Assembly (NCBI GenBank): GCA_043801585.1
Contig: JAZDLX010000007.1
Span: forward strand, 80,625 to 144,624
Reading direction: 5' to 3'
Length of the DNA stretch: 64,000 nt
Source of the DNA: a bacterium
GTDB lineage: Bacteria; Electryoneota; Electryoneia; Electryoneales; Electryoneaceae
The notes below the pieces were generated by a model that did no database searches, was not told the DNA's origin, and was given only the letters and a program-made list of their open reading frames with translations. Both the position numbers and the translations under genes were made by a program. Of this stretch, positions 48,610 through 58,597 are shown in pieces (position 1 is the stretch's first letter; every line of letters starts with the position of its first letter).

Positions 48610-48653
48610 TGTCATTGCCAGCCATCACGTCTGTTTGTGATGGCGAGGCAATC
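48610..48653. repeat. Palindromic hairpin unit TGTCATTGCC-[AGCCATCAC..GATGGCGAG]-GGCAATC, related to the MITE terminal repeats
   Basis: Shares the TGTCATTGCC...GGCAATC flanks with the elements at 48738 and 61541. Confidence 0.4.
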
Positions 48654-48689
48654 TCCAATACTTTTTGACGCTGTGGAACTGATTTGGAG

Positions 48690-48727
48690 ATCACCGCGCG
48701 ATGCCAAACCGCGGCATCGCTGGTGAT
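48690..48727. repeat. Long imperfect hairpin ATCACCGCGCGATGCC-aaac-GGCATCGCTGGTGAT
   Basis: About 14 bp paired with two bulges, immediately upstream of the MITE-like element. Confidence 0.35.
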
Positions 48728-48737
48728 GACACCTCTT

Positions 48738-48910
48738 TGTCATTGCCCGGCTTGACCGGGCAATCCAGAGACTCTGAGTTTTGTTCAAGGATTGTGAAAC
48801 CCGGGACTGATCCGCCGGTGGGCGGACAAGAGTCCCGGGCCACCCGGCCTCAGTGCAGTGATGAACCAACGGCAAAACGGCGAGATTGCTTCGCTTCGCT
48901 CGCAATGACA
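48738..48910. mobile_element. MITE-like non-autonomous element (173 bp) with hairpin-forming terminal inverted repeats TGTCATTGCCCGGCTTGACCGGGCAATCC ... GATTGCTTCGCTTCGCTCGCAATGACA
   Basis: The termini TGTCATTGC / GCAATGACA are reverse complements. Internal nested palindrome CCCGGGACT..CCGCCggtgGGCGG..AGTCCCGGG. A shorter copy with near-identical termini lies at 61541-61626. No ORF. Confidence 0.4.
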
Positions 48911-49065
48911 TATAAAGGGAGCCTTCACGACGGTATTCACGGTTGCCTGGATGCTCCTTTATCCCTTGTCCCACTGAACCCCCGCATACTACCTTCCCTG
49001 CTGTCATTTTCAGAAGGTGTGCGGAATCCATCGCGCACGTTTCCCCACGCCACCAAGGACTTCAG

Positions 49066-50316
49066 ATGACAACAAAGACGGTTGCTGGTGCATCGAAAAC
49101 CCAGCATTTTATCGACCTTGAAAACAAGTACGGCGCCCATAACTACCACCCACTGCCGATTGTCATTGCGAAGGCCAAAGGAGTCTGGGTAACCGACCCC
49201 GATGGCAGGAAATACATGGACTGCCTCGCCGCCTACAGCGCCCTGAATCAGGGATACAACCACCCCCGGATCATGGCAGCGGCACGCGAACAACTGAAGA
49301 CGGGCGTGACCCTGACCAGCCGCGCCTTTTACAACACGAAACTTGGCGAATTCCTCGAGAAAGTCTGTAAAATCACCGGCCATGACCGTGCCCTGCCGAT
49401 GAACACCGGCGCGGAAGCCGTGGAGACGGCGATCAAACTGGCCCGCCGCTGGGGCTACCGGGTGAAGAAGGTCCGCAAGGGCCAGGCACAGATCATCGCC
49501 TTCAACGGCAACTTCCACGGCCGTACGACGACCATCGTCGGCTTCTCCTCGGCTGAAGATTACAAAGAGGGATTTGGACCGTTTACGCCCGGATTCAAAA
49601 TGGTGGATTACGGCGACATCGCGGCGCTGGAAAAGGCGATCACGAAGAGCACTGTCGCCATTCTGATCGAGCCGATCCAGGCCGAGGGCGGCATTCTGAT
49701 CCCGCCAAAGGGCTACTTGAAGAAGGTCGCCGCGCTCTGCAAGAAGCACAATATCCTGTTGATCGCCGATGAGATCCAGACCGGTCTCGGGCGGACAGGG
49801 AAGATGTTCGCGATGGATCACGAAGGGGTGAAGCCGGACGTCTACCTCCTTGCGAAGGCGATCTCCGGGGGATTCATGCCGGTCAGCGTTGTCACCGCCA
49901 ACAACGATGTGATGAGAGTCTTCGATCCGGGCAGCCACGGCAGCACCTTCGGCGGCAATCCTCTCGGTGCGGCGGTGGCCGTGGAGGCGTTGAATATTCT
50001 TCTGGACGACAAACTTCCTCAGCGTGCCGCCGAGCTGGGTGAGTATTTTGTCCGGGGATTGAAAGCGATCAAGAGCAGGCATGTCAAAAGCATCCGTGCC
50101 AGGGGCCTGTTGATCGGCGTCGAAATCAGACGTGAGTCCGGCGATGCACGTCCCTTCTGCGAAAAACTGATGGAGAAGGGCATTCTGGCGAAAGAGACTC
50201 ATGAGAGCGTGATTCGTTTCGCCCCGCCCCTTGTGATCACAAAAGAGGAAATCGACTGGGCGCTGAAACGTATCGCTGCTGTACTGACCGACGAAGCGCC
50301 TGTTGAACGCAACTGA
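49066..50316 (+). CDS. rocD: Ornithine aminotransferase (class III PLP aminotransferase)
   Basis: NYHPLP motif, class-III aminotransferase core (DEIQTGLGRTGK), ATG 49066. Confidence 0.85.
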   Translation: MTTKTVAGASKTQHFIDLENKYGAHNYHPLPIVIAKAKGVWVTDPDGRKYMDCLAAYSALNQGYNHPRIMAAAREQLKTGVTLTSRAFYNTKLGEFLEKVCKITGHDRALPMNTGAEAVETAIKLARRWGYRVKKVRKGQAQIIAFNGNFHGRTTTIVGFSSAEDYKEGFGPFTPGFKMVDYGDIAALEKAITKSTVAILIEPIQAEGGILIPPKGYLKKVAALCKKHNILLIADEIQTGLGRTGKMFAMDHEGVKPDVYLLAKAISGGFMPVSVVTANNDVMRVFDPGSHGSTFGGNPLGAAVAVEALNILLDDKLPQRAAELGEYFVRGLKAIKSRHVKSIRARGLLIGVEIRRESGDARPFCEKLMEKGILAKETHESVIRFAPPLVITKEEIDWALKRIAAVLTDEAPVERN

Positions 50317-50339
50317 TACGTACTTGATTTGGATAGAAG

Positions 50340-52892
50340 ATGAACAGACTTCATACTCTTAACGTCATCCCGACACTACCTGAGAAACTGGAACGGCTCC
50401 GGGAAATCGCCATGGACCTGCACTGGACATGGCATCCAGACGCGGTTGAGCTCTTTGAACGGCTCGATCCTGAATTGTGGGTTGAATCCGACCAGAACCC
50501 TCTCTGCATGCTCGCCGCTATCGGTCAGGACAGACTCGAGGAATTGGTGAAGGATGAGGGATTCATGGACCACCTGGAAGGGGTTTGGCAGGATTTCCAG
50601 GATTACCGGGAGGAGAAAGCCTGGTTCTCGCAGCAACACAAGGATACGTCGAATCTCCTCGTAGCCTATTTCTCCTCGGAATTCGGTCTCCATGAATGTC
50701 TCCCGATTTATTCGGGCGGACTAGGCGTGCTCGCCGGCGATCACTTGAAGGCGGCGTCCGATCTGGGGGTGCCGCTCGTCGGTGTCGGATTGCTGTACCA
50801 GCGCGGCTACTTCCGCCAGTATCTGAACGCCGATGGGTGGCAGCAGGAGAATTATCCGAGCAGCGAATTGTTCTGCATGCCGGTGGAGCTGATGCGGGAC
50901 GGGGAGGGCAATCCCCTCGCGGATCGCGTGCTGATCGGCACCCGTGACGTGGAAATTCACGTTTGGCGGGCGATGGTGGGACGCGTGGAACTCTTCCTGC
51001 TCGATACAAATGTCTTCACCAACCATCCCGACGACCGTCAAATCACCGAGGCCCTTTATGGCGGCGACACGGAAATGCGGATTCGCCAGGAAATATTGCT
51101 CGGTATCGGCGGCGTTCGCATGCTGAAAGCGCTTGGCAAGCAGGCGACCGTATTCCATATGAACGAGGGACACTCAGCGTTCCTCGCACTGGAACGCATC
51201 CGTGCACTGATGGCGGAGGAGAAATTGACCTTCGCTGAGGCGCGCGAGGCGATCCGGGCGTTCACGGTGTTTACAACCCACACACCTGTTCCGGCTGGTA
51301 TTGACAAGTTTGGACAGGATCAGATGTACAAGTATTTCAAGGAGTTCATGCCGCAGATCGGACTCGATAAAGAGTCCTTCATGGAACTTGGCGGGGTACC
51401 AAGAGGCAAGTCGGATGCGCCTTTCAACATGGCGATACTTGCCATCGGACTCTCCGCATTCGTCAACGGCGTGAGCAAACTCCACGGCGAGGTCAGCCGC
51501 AAAATGTGGTCAGACCGGTGGCCACTCGTGAGCGCGGAAGAGGTGCCGATCCACCATGTGACAAATGGTGTGCATGCACGTTCCTGGGTTTCCGCGGAGA
51601 TGAGCCACCTTTACGACCGCTACATCGGGAAGCGATGGCAGGAAGATCCCCGCGATCATGAACTTTGGGAGCGGGTGGAACGGATTCCCGACGAGGAACT
51701 TTGGCGCTCCCGCGAACGGATGCGCGAACGTCTTGTGATTTTTGCCCGGAGCCGAGTGAAAAAGCAGTTCGAGCGCCGGGGGGAACCGCTTTCGTCGATT
51801 GAACTTGCCAAGAACCTCCTCGACATGAAAGCCCTGACCATTGGTTTCGCCCGCCGTTTTGCAACTTACAAGCGTGGCAGCCTGCTGATCCAGGATCCGG
51901 AGCGTCTCATCCGTCTGCTGAACAATCCAGAACGGCCTGTGCAGCTGATCTTCGCAGGAAAGGCACACCCCAAGGACGACCCCGGCAAGGAGATGATCCG
52001 CGAGATCATTCACTTTGCCCGTGATGATCGGATCCGCGACCGGATCGTCTTCCTCGAAGATTACGATATGAATGTTGCGCGCCATCTTGTTCAGGGCTGT
52101 GACGTCTGGTTGAACACGCCCCGTCCGCCGATGGAAGCTTCAGGCACGAGCGGAATGAAAGCAGCCGTGAACGGCGTCCTCAATTGCAGCACCTTCGATG
52201 GGTGGTGGGTTGAGGGGTATGATGCTGAAGTAGGGTGGAAGATCGGAAACGGCGAGATGTACAACGATTTGGAAGTTCAGGATAAAATTGAATCCGAGTT
52301 GCTTTACGACCTGCTGGAAAAAGAGATCATACCGCTCTTTTACAGCAGCCGCGGCAGAATCCCCCTTGAATGGACAGCCACGATCAAACGAATGCTCGCT
52401 CGCCAGTGTCCCTTTTTTATCACCACGCGGATGGTCAGCGACTACTCGTCACAGGCGTACGTCCCTTGTCACGAGCGGGCGCTTCACCTCGCGGAAAATG
52501 GCTATGTCAGGGCGAAAAACCTCAGCAGCTGGCAAGAACGAATTCGCGGGCTCTGGTCCGGTGTTGAGGTTGTTGAAGTACGCGGTGATGGCCAGCAGCA
52601 GTTAAATGTTGGCGACAGGGTTCGCGTGCAGGCGAGAGTTCGACTTGGTGAACTCGATCCTTCCGAGGTTCAGGTAATGGCCTGGCACGGCAACCTGGGG
52701 GGTGAGCGGACGATTACCCATGCCCACAGTATTCCGTTGGCCCACATGGGAGTTGCGGATGACAAAGTGCATGAGTACGAGGGACATGTTGAGTGCACCG
52801 ATGCCGGACAATTCGGTTATGCCGTCCGGGTTCTGCCATATCACGAAGATTTGAACAACCCTCTGGATCTCGGATTGGTTACCTGGGAGTAG
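50340..52892 (+). CDS. glgP: Alpha-glucan phosphorylase (GT35, TIGR02094-type GlgP)
   Basis: N-terminal AYFSSEFGLHE..LPIYSGGLGVLAGDHLKAASDLGVPLVGVGLLYQRGYFRQ is diagnostic of this GlgP subfamily; 850 aa. Confidence 0.85.
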   Translation: MNRLHTLNVIPTLPEKLERLREIAMDLHWTWHPDAVELFERLDPELWVESDQNPLCMLAAIGQDRLEELVKDEGFMDHLEGVWQDFQDYREEKAWFSQQHKDTSNLLVAYFSSEFGLHECLPIYSGGLGVLAGDHLKAASDLGVPLVGVGLLYQRGYFRQYLNADGWQQENYPSSELFCMPVELMRDGEGNPLADRVLIGTRDVEIHVWRAMVGRVELFLLDTNVFTNHPDDRQITEALYGGDTEMRIRQEILLGIGGVRMLKALGKQATVFHMNEGHSAFLALERIRALMAEEKLTFAEAREAIRAFTVFTTHTPVPAGIDKFGQDQMYKYFKEFMPQIGLDKESFMELGGVPRGKSDAPFNMAILAIGLSAFVNGVSKLHGEVSRKMWSDRWPLVSAEEVPIHHVTNGVHARSWVSAEMSHLYDRYIGKRWQEDPRDHELWERVERIPDEELWRSRERMRERLVIFARSRVKKQFERRGEPLSSIELAKNLLDMKALTIGFARRFATYKRGSLLIQDPERLIRLLNNPERPVQLIFAGKAHPKDDPGKEMIREIIHFARDDRIRDRIVFLEDYDMNVARHLVQGCDVWLNTPRPPMEASGTSGMKAAVNGVLNCSTFDGWWVEGYDAEVGWKIGNGEMYNDLEVQDKIESELLYDLLEKEIIPLFYSSRGRIPLEWTATIKRMLARQCPFFITTRMVSDYSSQAYVPCHERALHLAENGYVRAKNLSSWQERIRGLWSGVEVVEVRGDGQQQLNVGDRVRVQARVRLGELDPSEVQVMAWHGNLGGERTITHAHSIPLAHMGVADDKVHEYEGHVECTDAGQFGYAVRVLPYHEDLNNPLDLGLVTWE

Positions 52893-52997
52893 AGGCGAGA
52901 CCAGCCAAGTGGAAATGTAGTTTGCATTTGCAGGATGGGATTGCTCAATGAAGGGAAGCGCGGTACCTTTCCCGTGACATCAGAGGAAAGTGGGTGA

Positions 52998-53681
52998 ATG
53001 ATGAGCGCCAACGATAGCGCAGAACTTTCGTCAGGTGATCTCCCCGGCAAGGACGACAAAACGGCAAAGGAGCAATTGACCGACGCTGCAAAACGTCTTG
53101 CCGTCGAATGGATTCCCTTTCATCGTAAACAAGCGGATGAGGCAACGCTGATCAAACGGGCGTTGCGCTCAACACCCCTGTTCGAACGAGTCAATCGGCG
53201 GGACTGGAAATTGATCAGCGATCTTTTCCACGTGCGCCGTTACGATTCGGGGGAAGTCATCTTCGAGAAGGGAACACCCGGGTTGGGGATGTATGTCATT
53301 GTCGAAGGCCGGGTGAAAATCATCAACGAGGAAGAGGGGCATGAGGTTGTCCTCACGGAACTGAAAGAGGGTGATTTCTTTGGAGAGATGTCACTGATTG
53401 ACGAGGTTGAACGGAGTGCGGGAGCAATCGCATTCAGCCAGACCAAACTCGTCGGCCTCTTTCGACCCCAGTTGCGTGAACTGATGAATCACCGTCCCCG
53501 TCTTGGCAACATCATCTTCGAGAGACTGGCGAAGATCGTTGTCCAACGTCTCCGTCAATCCAACCTGATGATGGGTGATGAGATCGGGCGGCATCGGGAA
53601 GAACTTGCGAAAAGCAAGGCGGAAGTGGAAACACTCGCAAAAGCGCTGGAAGCCTATGATACCGCTGGAGGCTCGGAATAA
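52998..53681 (+). CDS. Stand-alone cyclic-nucleotide-binding (CNB) domain protein
   Basis: PLFERV...GEVIFEKGTPGLGMYVIVEGRVKI...GDFFGEMSLID.ERSAGAIA matches the CNB consensus. Disordered N-terminus and a C-terminal coiled coil. Confidence 0.7.
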   Translation: MMSANDSAELSSGDLPGKDDKTAKEQLTDAAKRLAVEWIPFHRKQADEATLIKRALRSTPLFERVNRRDWKLISDLFHVRRYDSGEVIFEKGTPGLGMYVIVEGRVKIINEEEGHEVVLTELKEGDFFGEMSLIDEVERSAGAIAFSQTKLVGLFRPQLRELMNHRPRLGNIIFERLAKIVVQRLRQSNLMMGDEIGRHREELAKSKAEVETLAKALEAYDTAGGSE

Positions 53682-53684
53682 GCT

Positions 53685-54776
53685 ATGAACACATTGGCTG
53701 AAAGCCCAAAGAGCCGAAACCCACTCTACCGGCGTCTTGTGCTGCTGGCCTTGTCGCTTGTGCTTTTCTATGGCTTTCTTCGTATCCTGCCTCACATTGA
53801 AGACATCATCACGGTTCTCATCATCTCAATCGTTCTCACCTACGCCTTTCGTCCACTTGTCGATTACGCAGAAAGAGAGGGGATCAGCCGGGTTGTTTCC
53901 ATCCTTGGCATCTTCGCGATTGTCATTGGACTATTGATCCTTTCTCTCACATCGCTGGTGCCGATACTTATTACGGAAGTTGGCACTCTTGTTGAGCGAT
54001 TGAACGAAATCGACCTGGCGAAGCTGCAAGGTAACGTCATTGACTGGATGCAACAACGGATGCCGGGCGTGATGACGTTTCTTGATGTAAATGAAGGGCA
54101 GACGGATCAGATCATTCAGCGGTTTCGTGACTTTTCGGCAACGTTCCTGCAGCAATCCATTGGTGTTCTCAGTGGAGCCTTCAGCGCACTCAGCCTCGCC
54201 ATAGTGGTTCCCTTCATCGTTTTCTTCCTGTTGAAGGATGGGTCTGCATTCACCCGCAGCTGGGTTCGCCGGGTTCCGAACCGTTTCTTTGAAATGTCGA
54301 TGTCCCTTGCCCATCGCATGGATCGCCAGCTTGGAAACTATATCCTCAGCGTACTGGTCGAATCGCTGATTGTTGGCGCACTTGCGTGGCTCGCCTTCGC
54401 TCTGGTCGGGGTGCGGTTTGCGCTGATTCTCGGAATTCTCAGCGGCCTGTTGAATATGATCCCGTTCTTCGGCCCGCTGATCGCATGGATTCCGACGACG
54501 ATTGTTTTCGTGCTCACCTATCAGCCCTTCGGATTGGGGCTTTTCTGGATGGCGGTAGTGCTGATCGGCGTGCAGATGGTTGATAACGTCTTGTTGAAAC
54601 CGCTTCTGATTTCACGTTCACAGTCAGTTCATCCGATCACCGTTCTGCTTGTGGTTTTGATTGGCGGGAGGGTGGCTGGCCCCATCGGTATGTTCATTGC
54701 CGTACCCTTCTTCTCGATCATCAAGGTGATCGTTGTCGATTTGTACGAACACCTGAAAAACTACCGGATTATCTGA
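53685..54776 (+). CDS. AI-2E family transporter (UPF0118/PerM/TqsA-like)
   Basis: 363 aa, 7-8 TM segments with a central soluble insert; LNMIPFFGPLIAWIP motif. Confidence 0.8.
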   Translation: MNTLAESPKSRNPLYRRLVLLALSLVLFYGFLRILPHIEDIITVLIISIVLTYAFRPLVDYAEREGISRVVSILGIFAIVIGLLILSLTSLVPILITEVGTLVERLNEIDLAKLQGNVIDWMQQRMPGVMTFLDVNEGQTDQIIQRFRDFSATFLQQSIGVLSGAFSALSLAIVVPFIVFFLLKDGSAFTRSWVRRVPNRFFEMSMSLAHRMDRQLGNYILSVLVESLIVGALAWLAFALVGVRFALILGILSGLLNMIPFFGPLIAWIPTTIVFVLTYQPFGLGLFWMAVVLIGVQMVDNVLLKPLLISRSQSVHPITVLLVVLIGGRVAGPIGMFIAVPFFSIIKVIVVDLYEHLKNYRII

Positions 54777-54856
54777 CGTCTCCCGGTGTCGTCGGGGCTC
54801 AGACAATGCGTGGTTCCCAACCTGAAGACCCCTTATTTTCCACCCTATGAGCGCGT

Positions 54857-54948
54857 GTGCTATTGAGTGACAGTTACCTAATTCGAATAAGCGGTGGAGG
54901 GACGATACATTTCGACACCTGAATTAGGCAACTGTCACTCAATAGCAC
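54857..54948. repeat. Near-perfect inverted repeat with 28-bp arms (27/28 paired) and a 36-nt loop, 36 nt upstream of the purL start
   Basis: GTGCTATTGAGTGACAGTTACCTAATTC (54857-54884) pairs with GAATTAGGCAACTGTCACTCAATAGCAC (54921-54948). Confidence 0.6.
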
Positions 54949-54983
54949 TCCAGCGAAACGAATCTGATAAAAGCGAGACAAAC

Positions 54984-57227
54984 GTGACTGCCGAAATCGC
55001 CCAGCCTTTCCCCGGAGATCCCGAGGTGAATGCCGAAATGGCCTATGCGTTCGGGCTCGATTCTCGGGAATATGAGCGCATCCTTGAAATCATCGGACGA
55101 ACCCCAACGTATGCGGAGCTGGGCGTGTTTTCGGTGATGTGGTCCGAGCATGCGAGTTACAAGAATTCCATTCTCGAATTGAAGAAACTGCCTCGAAGCG
55201 GTGGCCGCCTGCTCGTCGGAGCGGGGGAAGAGAACGCGGGGCTTGTGGATATCGGGGATGGCCTCGCCGTCGCTTTCAAGATCGAAAGCCACAACCACCC
55301 CTCGGCAGTTGAACCCTACCAGGGCGCCGCTACAGGTGTCGGTGGTATCCTCCGGGATGTCTTCACCATGGGTGCGCGTCCCATCGCACTACTCAACAGT
55401 CTGCGGTTTGGCCCTCCCGGGGATGACCGCGTGCGTTTTCTTTTTGACGGCGTGGTTCGCGGCATCGCGGATTACGGCAATTGCATGGGAATCCCGACCG
55501 TTGGCGGAGAGATCTATTTCGAGGAATCCTACCGTGGGAATCCGCTCGTCAATGCGATGGCGGTCGGCATCGTGCGGCACGACAGGGTTATGAGTGCCGC
55601 CGCGAAGGGCGAAGGAAACCCGGTGATCTACATCGGCTCCTCGACCGGTCGGGACGGCATCCACGGCGCCACCTTCGCCAGCGTCGAACTCTCGGAAGAA
55701 TCCCAGAGCAGGAAGAGCAACGTTCAGGTCGGCGACCCGTTTACGGAGAAACTGCTGCTCGAAGCGACGCTCGAATTGTCTGAATCAGGTGTGGTGGTCG
55801 GGATCCAGGATATGGGGGCAGCCGGACTGACCTGTTCTTCCAGCGAAATGGCGGCGAAAACCGGCGTCGGCATTTTCCTCGACCTCGACAAGATTCCCCG
55901 TCGCGAACAGGGGATGTCCCCTTACGAAATCCTGCTTTCCGAATCGCAGGAACGGATGCTGCTCGTCGCTGCCAAAGGCCGTGAGGAAGTGGTCTATGCC
56001 ATCGCCCGGAAATGGGGACTGGAAGCGGTTCAGGTGGGAGTGGTCACATCCGATGGGAAAATGAAGGCGGCGCAGAACGGCATCCTCACTGTGGACATTC
56101 CCGCGGAAGTCCTCGCCCTGGGTGGAGGCGCTCCGGTGTACGAACGTGAGGCGGAACGGCCGAAAGTTCTCGACGAAGCGACAACACTGCAACCGCTGAG
56201 TGAACCGGAGGACATTGCCACGGCTCTGACGACCCTGCTGGCACGGCCGAACATCGCCAGTAAACGGTTTGTCTTCCGCCAGTATGACCACATGGTGATG
56301 GGCAACACACGTGTGTTGCCGGGAGTCGGTGATGCCGCAGTTGTGCGCGTCCCCGGTTCGAACAAGGCTCTCGGGATGGCCACGGATTGCAACGGTCGCT
56401 ATGTGTATCTCAATCCCCGTGCGGGAGCGGCGATGGCGGTTGCGGAGGCTGCGAGAAATGTCGCCTGCTCCGGAGCGTTGCCACTCGGTGTCACCAACTG
56501 CCTCAATTTCGGCAACCCCTACAAACCCGAGGTTTACTGGGTGTTTCGTGAAGCGGTGGCGGGAATGGGGGAGGCGTGCCGGGCCTTGGATACCCCTGTG
56601 ACCGGTGGAAATGTTTCATTCTACAATGAGAATCCAACGGGTGCCATCTATCCTACTCCTGTCATCGGTGTTGTCGGATTGGCCGAGGATGTCACTCGCA
56701 CGATCGGCATGGTTCTTCGTGAAGAAGATCTGCACCTGTTGTTGATCGGAGCGGACTCCATTTCATGGGCGGGCAGCGAATGGCAAGCGGTGCACCAGGA
56801 TTCTCCCAGCGGTGAATTGCCACCGTTGGATCTTCAGCTTGAATCTCGTCTCCAGAAATTCATGGTCGCAACGATCGCAGAGGGACGGATCGCAGCGGCA
56901 CACGATATCTCCGAAGGCGGACTGGCGGTTGCTCTCACGGAAATGGCAATCGCTGATCCAGGATGCCGGGTAGGAATCACAGTGGACTGGCCGTTTTCAC
57001 CCCTGGAACTCTTTGGGGAAGGACCGTCACGGGTCCTCGTTGCGGTTCGACCGGAACATCTTGAAAAGGTTGTTTTTGCCGCGGGTATGTCTGATCTTCC
57101 TGTGCGCAGGATCGGTGTTTCAGGGGGGACGGATCTGACATTTGCGGAAGGGGTTGCTGTCCCTCTGGAAGAGCTCGCGAAGGCCTGGCACGGAGGCTTG
57201 GAACGGGGATTGGGGCATCAATCCTGA
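54984..57227 (+). CDS. purL: Phosphoribosylformylglycinamidine synthase subunit II
   Basis: [40 protein letters not shown] and repeated PurM-like domains. GTG 54984. The 54894 start in the track reads through the inverted repeat and is rejected. Confidence 0.85.
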   Translation: MTAEIAQPFPGDPEVNAEMAYAFGLDSREYERILEIIGRTPTYAELGVFSVMWSEHASYKNSILELKKLPRSGGRLLVGAGEENAGLVDIGDGLAVAFKIESHNHPSAVEPYQGAATGVGGILRDVFTMGARPIALLNSLRFGPPGDDRVRFLFDGVVRGIADYGNCMGIPTVGGEIYFEESYRGNPLVNAMAVGIVRHDRVMSAAAKGEGNPVIYIGSSTGRDGIHGATFASVELSEESQSRKSNVQVGDPFTEKLLLEATLELSESGVVVGIQDMGAAGLTCSSSEMAAKTGVGIFLDLDKIPRREQGMSPYEILLSESQERMLLVAAKGREEVVYAIARKWGLEAVQVGVVTSDGKMKAAQNGILTVDIPAEVLALGGGAPVYEREAERPKVLDEATTLQPLSEPEDIATALTTLLARPNIASKRFVFRQYDHMVMGNTRVLPGVGDAAVVRVPGSNKALGMATDCNGRYVYLNPRAGAAMAVAEAARNVACSGALPLGVTNCLNFGNPYKPEVYWVFREAVAGMGEACRALDTPVTGGNVSFYNENPTGAIYPTPVIGVVGLAEDVTRTIGMVLREEDLHLLLIGADSISWAGSEWQAVHQDSPSGELPPLDLQLESRLQKFMVATIAEGRIAAAHDISEGGLAVALTEMAIADPGCRVGITVDWPFSPLELFGEGPSRVLVAVRPEHLEKVVFAAGMSDLPVRRIGVSGGTDLTFAEGVAVPLEELAKAWHGGLERGLGHQS

Positions 57228-57278
57228 ACGGAAAATCGTTCAAAATTCGATTCTGCACAGGCAGGAGGAGGGCACCCG

Positions 57279-57953
57279 TTGCAGGGCACGCCTGAAATGA
57301 TGCGGCTGCTTTTCGCACCGAGAAGCACGATCCGCTGGATTCTCAACCACGATCCCAACTACGGAGTCGCGATGATCGCGATTCTCGCGGGGATCACCTC
57401 GGCGCTGAGATCCAGCATCCTCCATGGACTCCATCCGTTGCCCGATCTTGTGGGCCATTCCGACCTGCTGGATGAGGTGATCGCCTATGGCATCGGTCCT
57501 TCTGCGGGGTTGTTTCTTTCAACGGTGACGATCGCCCTTTACGGTGCTCTCCTTGGGATTGTTCTCATCTGGGTGGGTTCCTTCTTCCTGCGGGTGATTG
57601 GTAGAATCTTCGGGGGAAAAGGAAGATACATTGAGGTGCGCGCAGCGCTCGCCTGGGCATTCGTTCCCTACACATGGTTATTTCCGATTTACCTGATCTA
57701 CGCAATAGTCCACCTCGTGGCATTGAGAAGTGCGAGTTTTTCCTATGGAACGGTGTTGCCGTGGGACACTTCGATGCCGCTTGCGCTTCTGTTGGGCTTT
57801 GACTATCTCTTCCGTTTGCTGGGATTTGTCCTGCTCGTCCTGAATCTGTCTGTGGCGTTGAACGTCGATTTGAAACGGTCATTTTTCGTGGCGTTTCTCA
57901 TCGTCGCGCCGCCGATTTTCTATTTCGCTCCCTGCCAGGGATTCGGATTCTGA
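57279..57953 (+). CDS. Yip1-family integral membrane protein
   Basis: 224 aa, 5 TM helices, Yip1-like topology. The start could be the ATG at 57297. Confidence 0.6.
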   Translation: MQGTPEMMRLLFAPRSTIRWILNHDPNYGVAMIAILAGITSALRSSILHGLHPLPDLVGHSDLLDEVIAYGIGPSAGLFLSTVTIALYGALLGIVLIWVGSFFLRVIGRIFGGKGRYIEVRAALAWAFVPYTWLFPIYLIYAIVHLVALRSASFSYGTVLPWDTSMPLALLLGFDYLFRLLGFVLLVLNLSVALNVDLKRSFFVAFLIVAPPIFYFAPCQGFGF

Positions 57954-57963
57954 AGGAGTCACC

Positions 57964-58476
57964 ATGGCTGTCTGGAAGAAGAGCGTCACGGGAGAAGGAA
58001 TGGGTACGCCTCCCGCCGGTTGGCAGGCTGTTCTTGCGAAACTTTTCGGCACGGGATTGGGCACCGGCTATGCTCGAGCCGGGCAGGGAACCTTGGGCAG
58101 TGCACTGTTTGTGCTTCTCTGGATCGTTCTCGTCCCGGAGCAGATCGTCTGGCAATGGGCTGTCGTGATCGTTCTCCACCTGGTTTCCATACCGCTGTCG
58201 GGATGGGGAGAACGAATGTGGGGGAAGGATCCGGGCCGCATCACTATTGATGAATTCGCTGGGCAGGCCATCGCACTGATCGCCGTTCCAAAGGTCTGGC
58301 CCGCGCTGCTAGCGGCGTTTCTCCTGTTCCGAGTGTTTGACACCTTCAAATTCCCCTTCGTTCGGCGTCATGTTGAGACTCTTCCCGGTGGGTGGGGGGT
58401 TACCCTTGATGACACCATCGCCGGAATCATCGCCCGTCTCCTGATGATTCCCGTTCTGTATTTTCTGACTGTCTGA
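57964..58476 (+). CDS. pgpA: Phosphatidylglycerophosphatase A
   Basis: PgpA motifs GTGLGTGYARAGQGTLGS, RITIDEFAGQ and LDDTIAGI; 170 aa. Confidence 0.8.
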   Translation: MAVWKKSVTGEGMGTPPAGWQAVLAKLFGTGLGTGYARAGQGTLGSALFVLLWIVLVPEQIVWQWAVVIVLHLVSIPLSGWGERMWGKDPGRITIDEFAGQAIALIAVPKVWPALLAAFLLFRVFDTFKFPFVRRHVETLPGGWGVTLDDTIAGIIARLLMIPVLYFLTV

Positions 58477-58545
58477 GCTAAAATCCTGACAATCGATTTC
58501 CGGTAGTATTGGCATGCTGTCCAAGCTGCCAGCGCCTGTTGGTGC

Positions 58546-58597
58546 GAGTAATCAGGGACAGTTCCTGAAAGATTCTGGGGACTGTCCCTGATTACTC
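58546..58597. repeat. Perfect 17-bp-stem hairpin (GAGTAATCAGGGACAGT/ACTGTCCCTGATTACTC, 18-nt loop) between convergent pgpA and yceI, followed by a GC hairpin CCCCGCC/GGCGGGG
   Basis: Perfect inverted repeat. No flanking U-tract on either strand. Confidence 0.5.

Noticed and set aside
48937-50202. 421-aa minus-strand ORF
   Set aside because: Antisense to rocD (NYHPLP ornithine aminotransferase). Shadow ORF.
54894-54983. Upstream extension of purL ([20 protein letters not shown]...)
   Set aside because: It reads through the 28-bp-arm inverted repeat. The conserved PurL N-terminus begins at GTG 54984.
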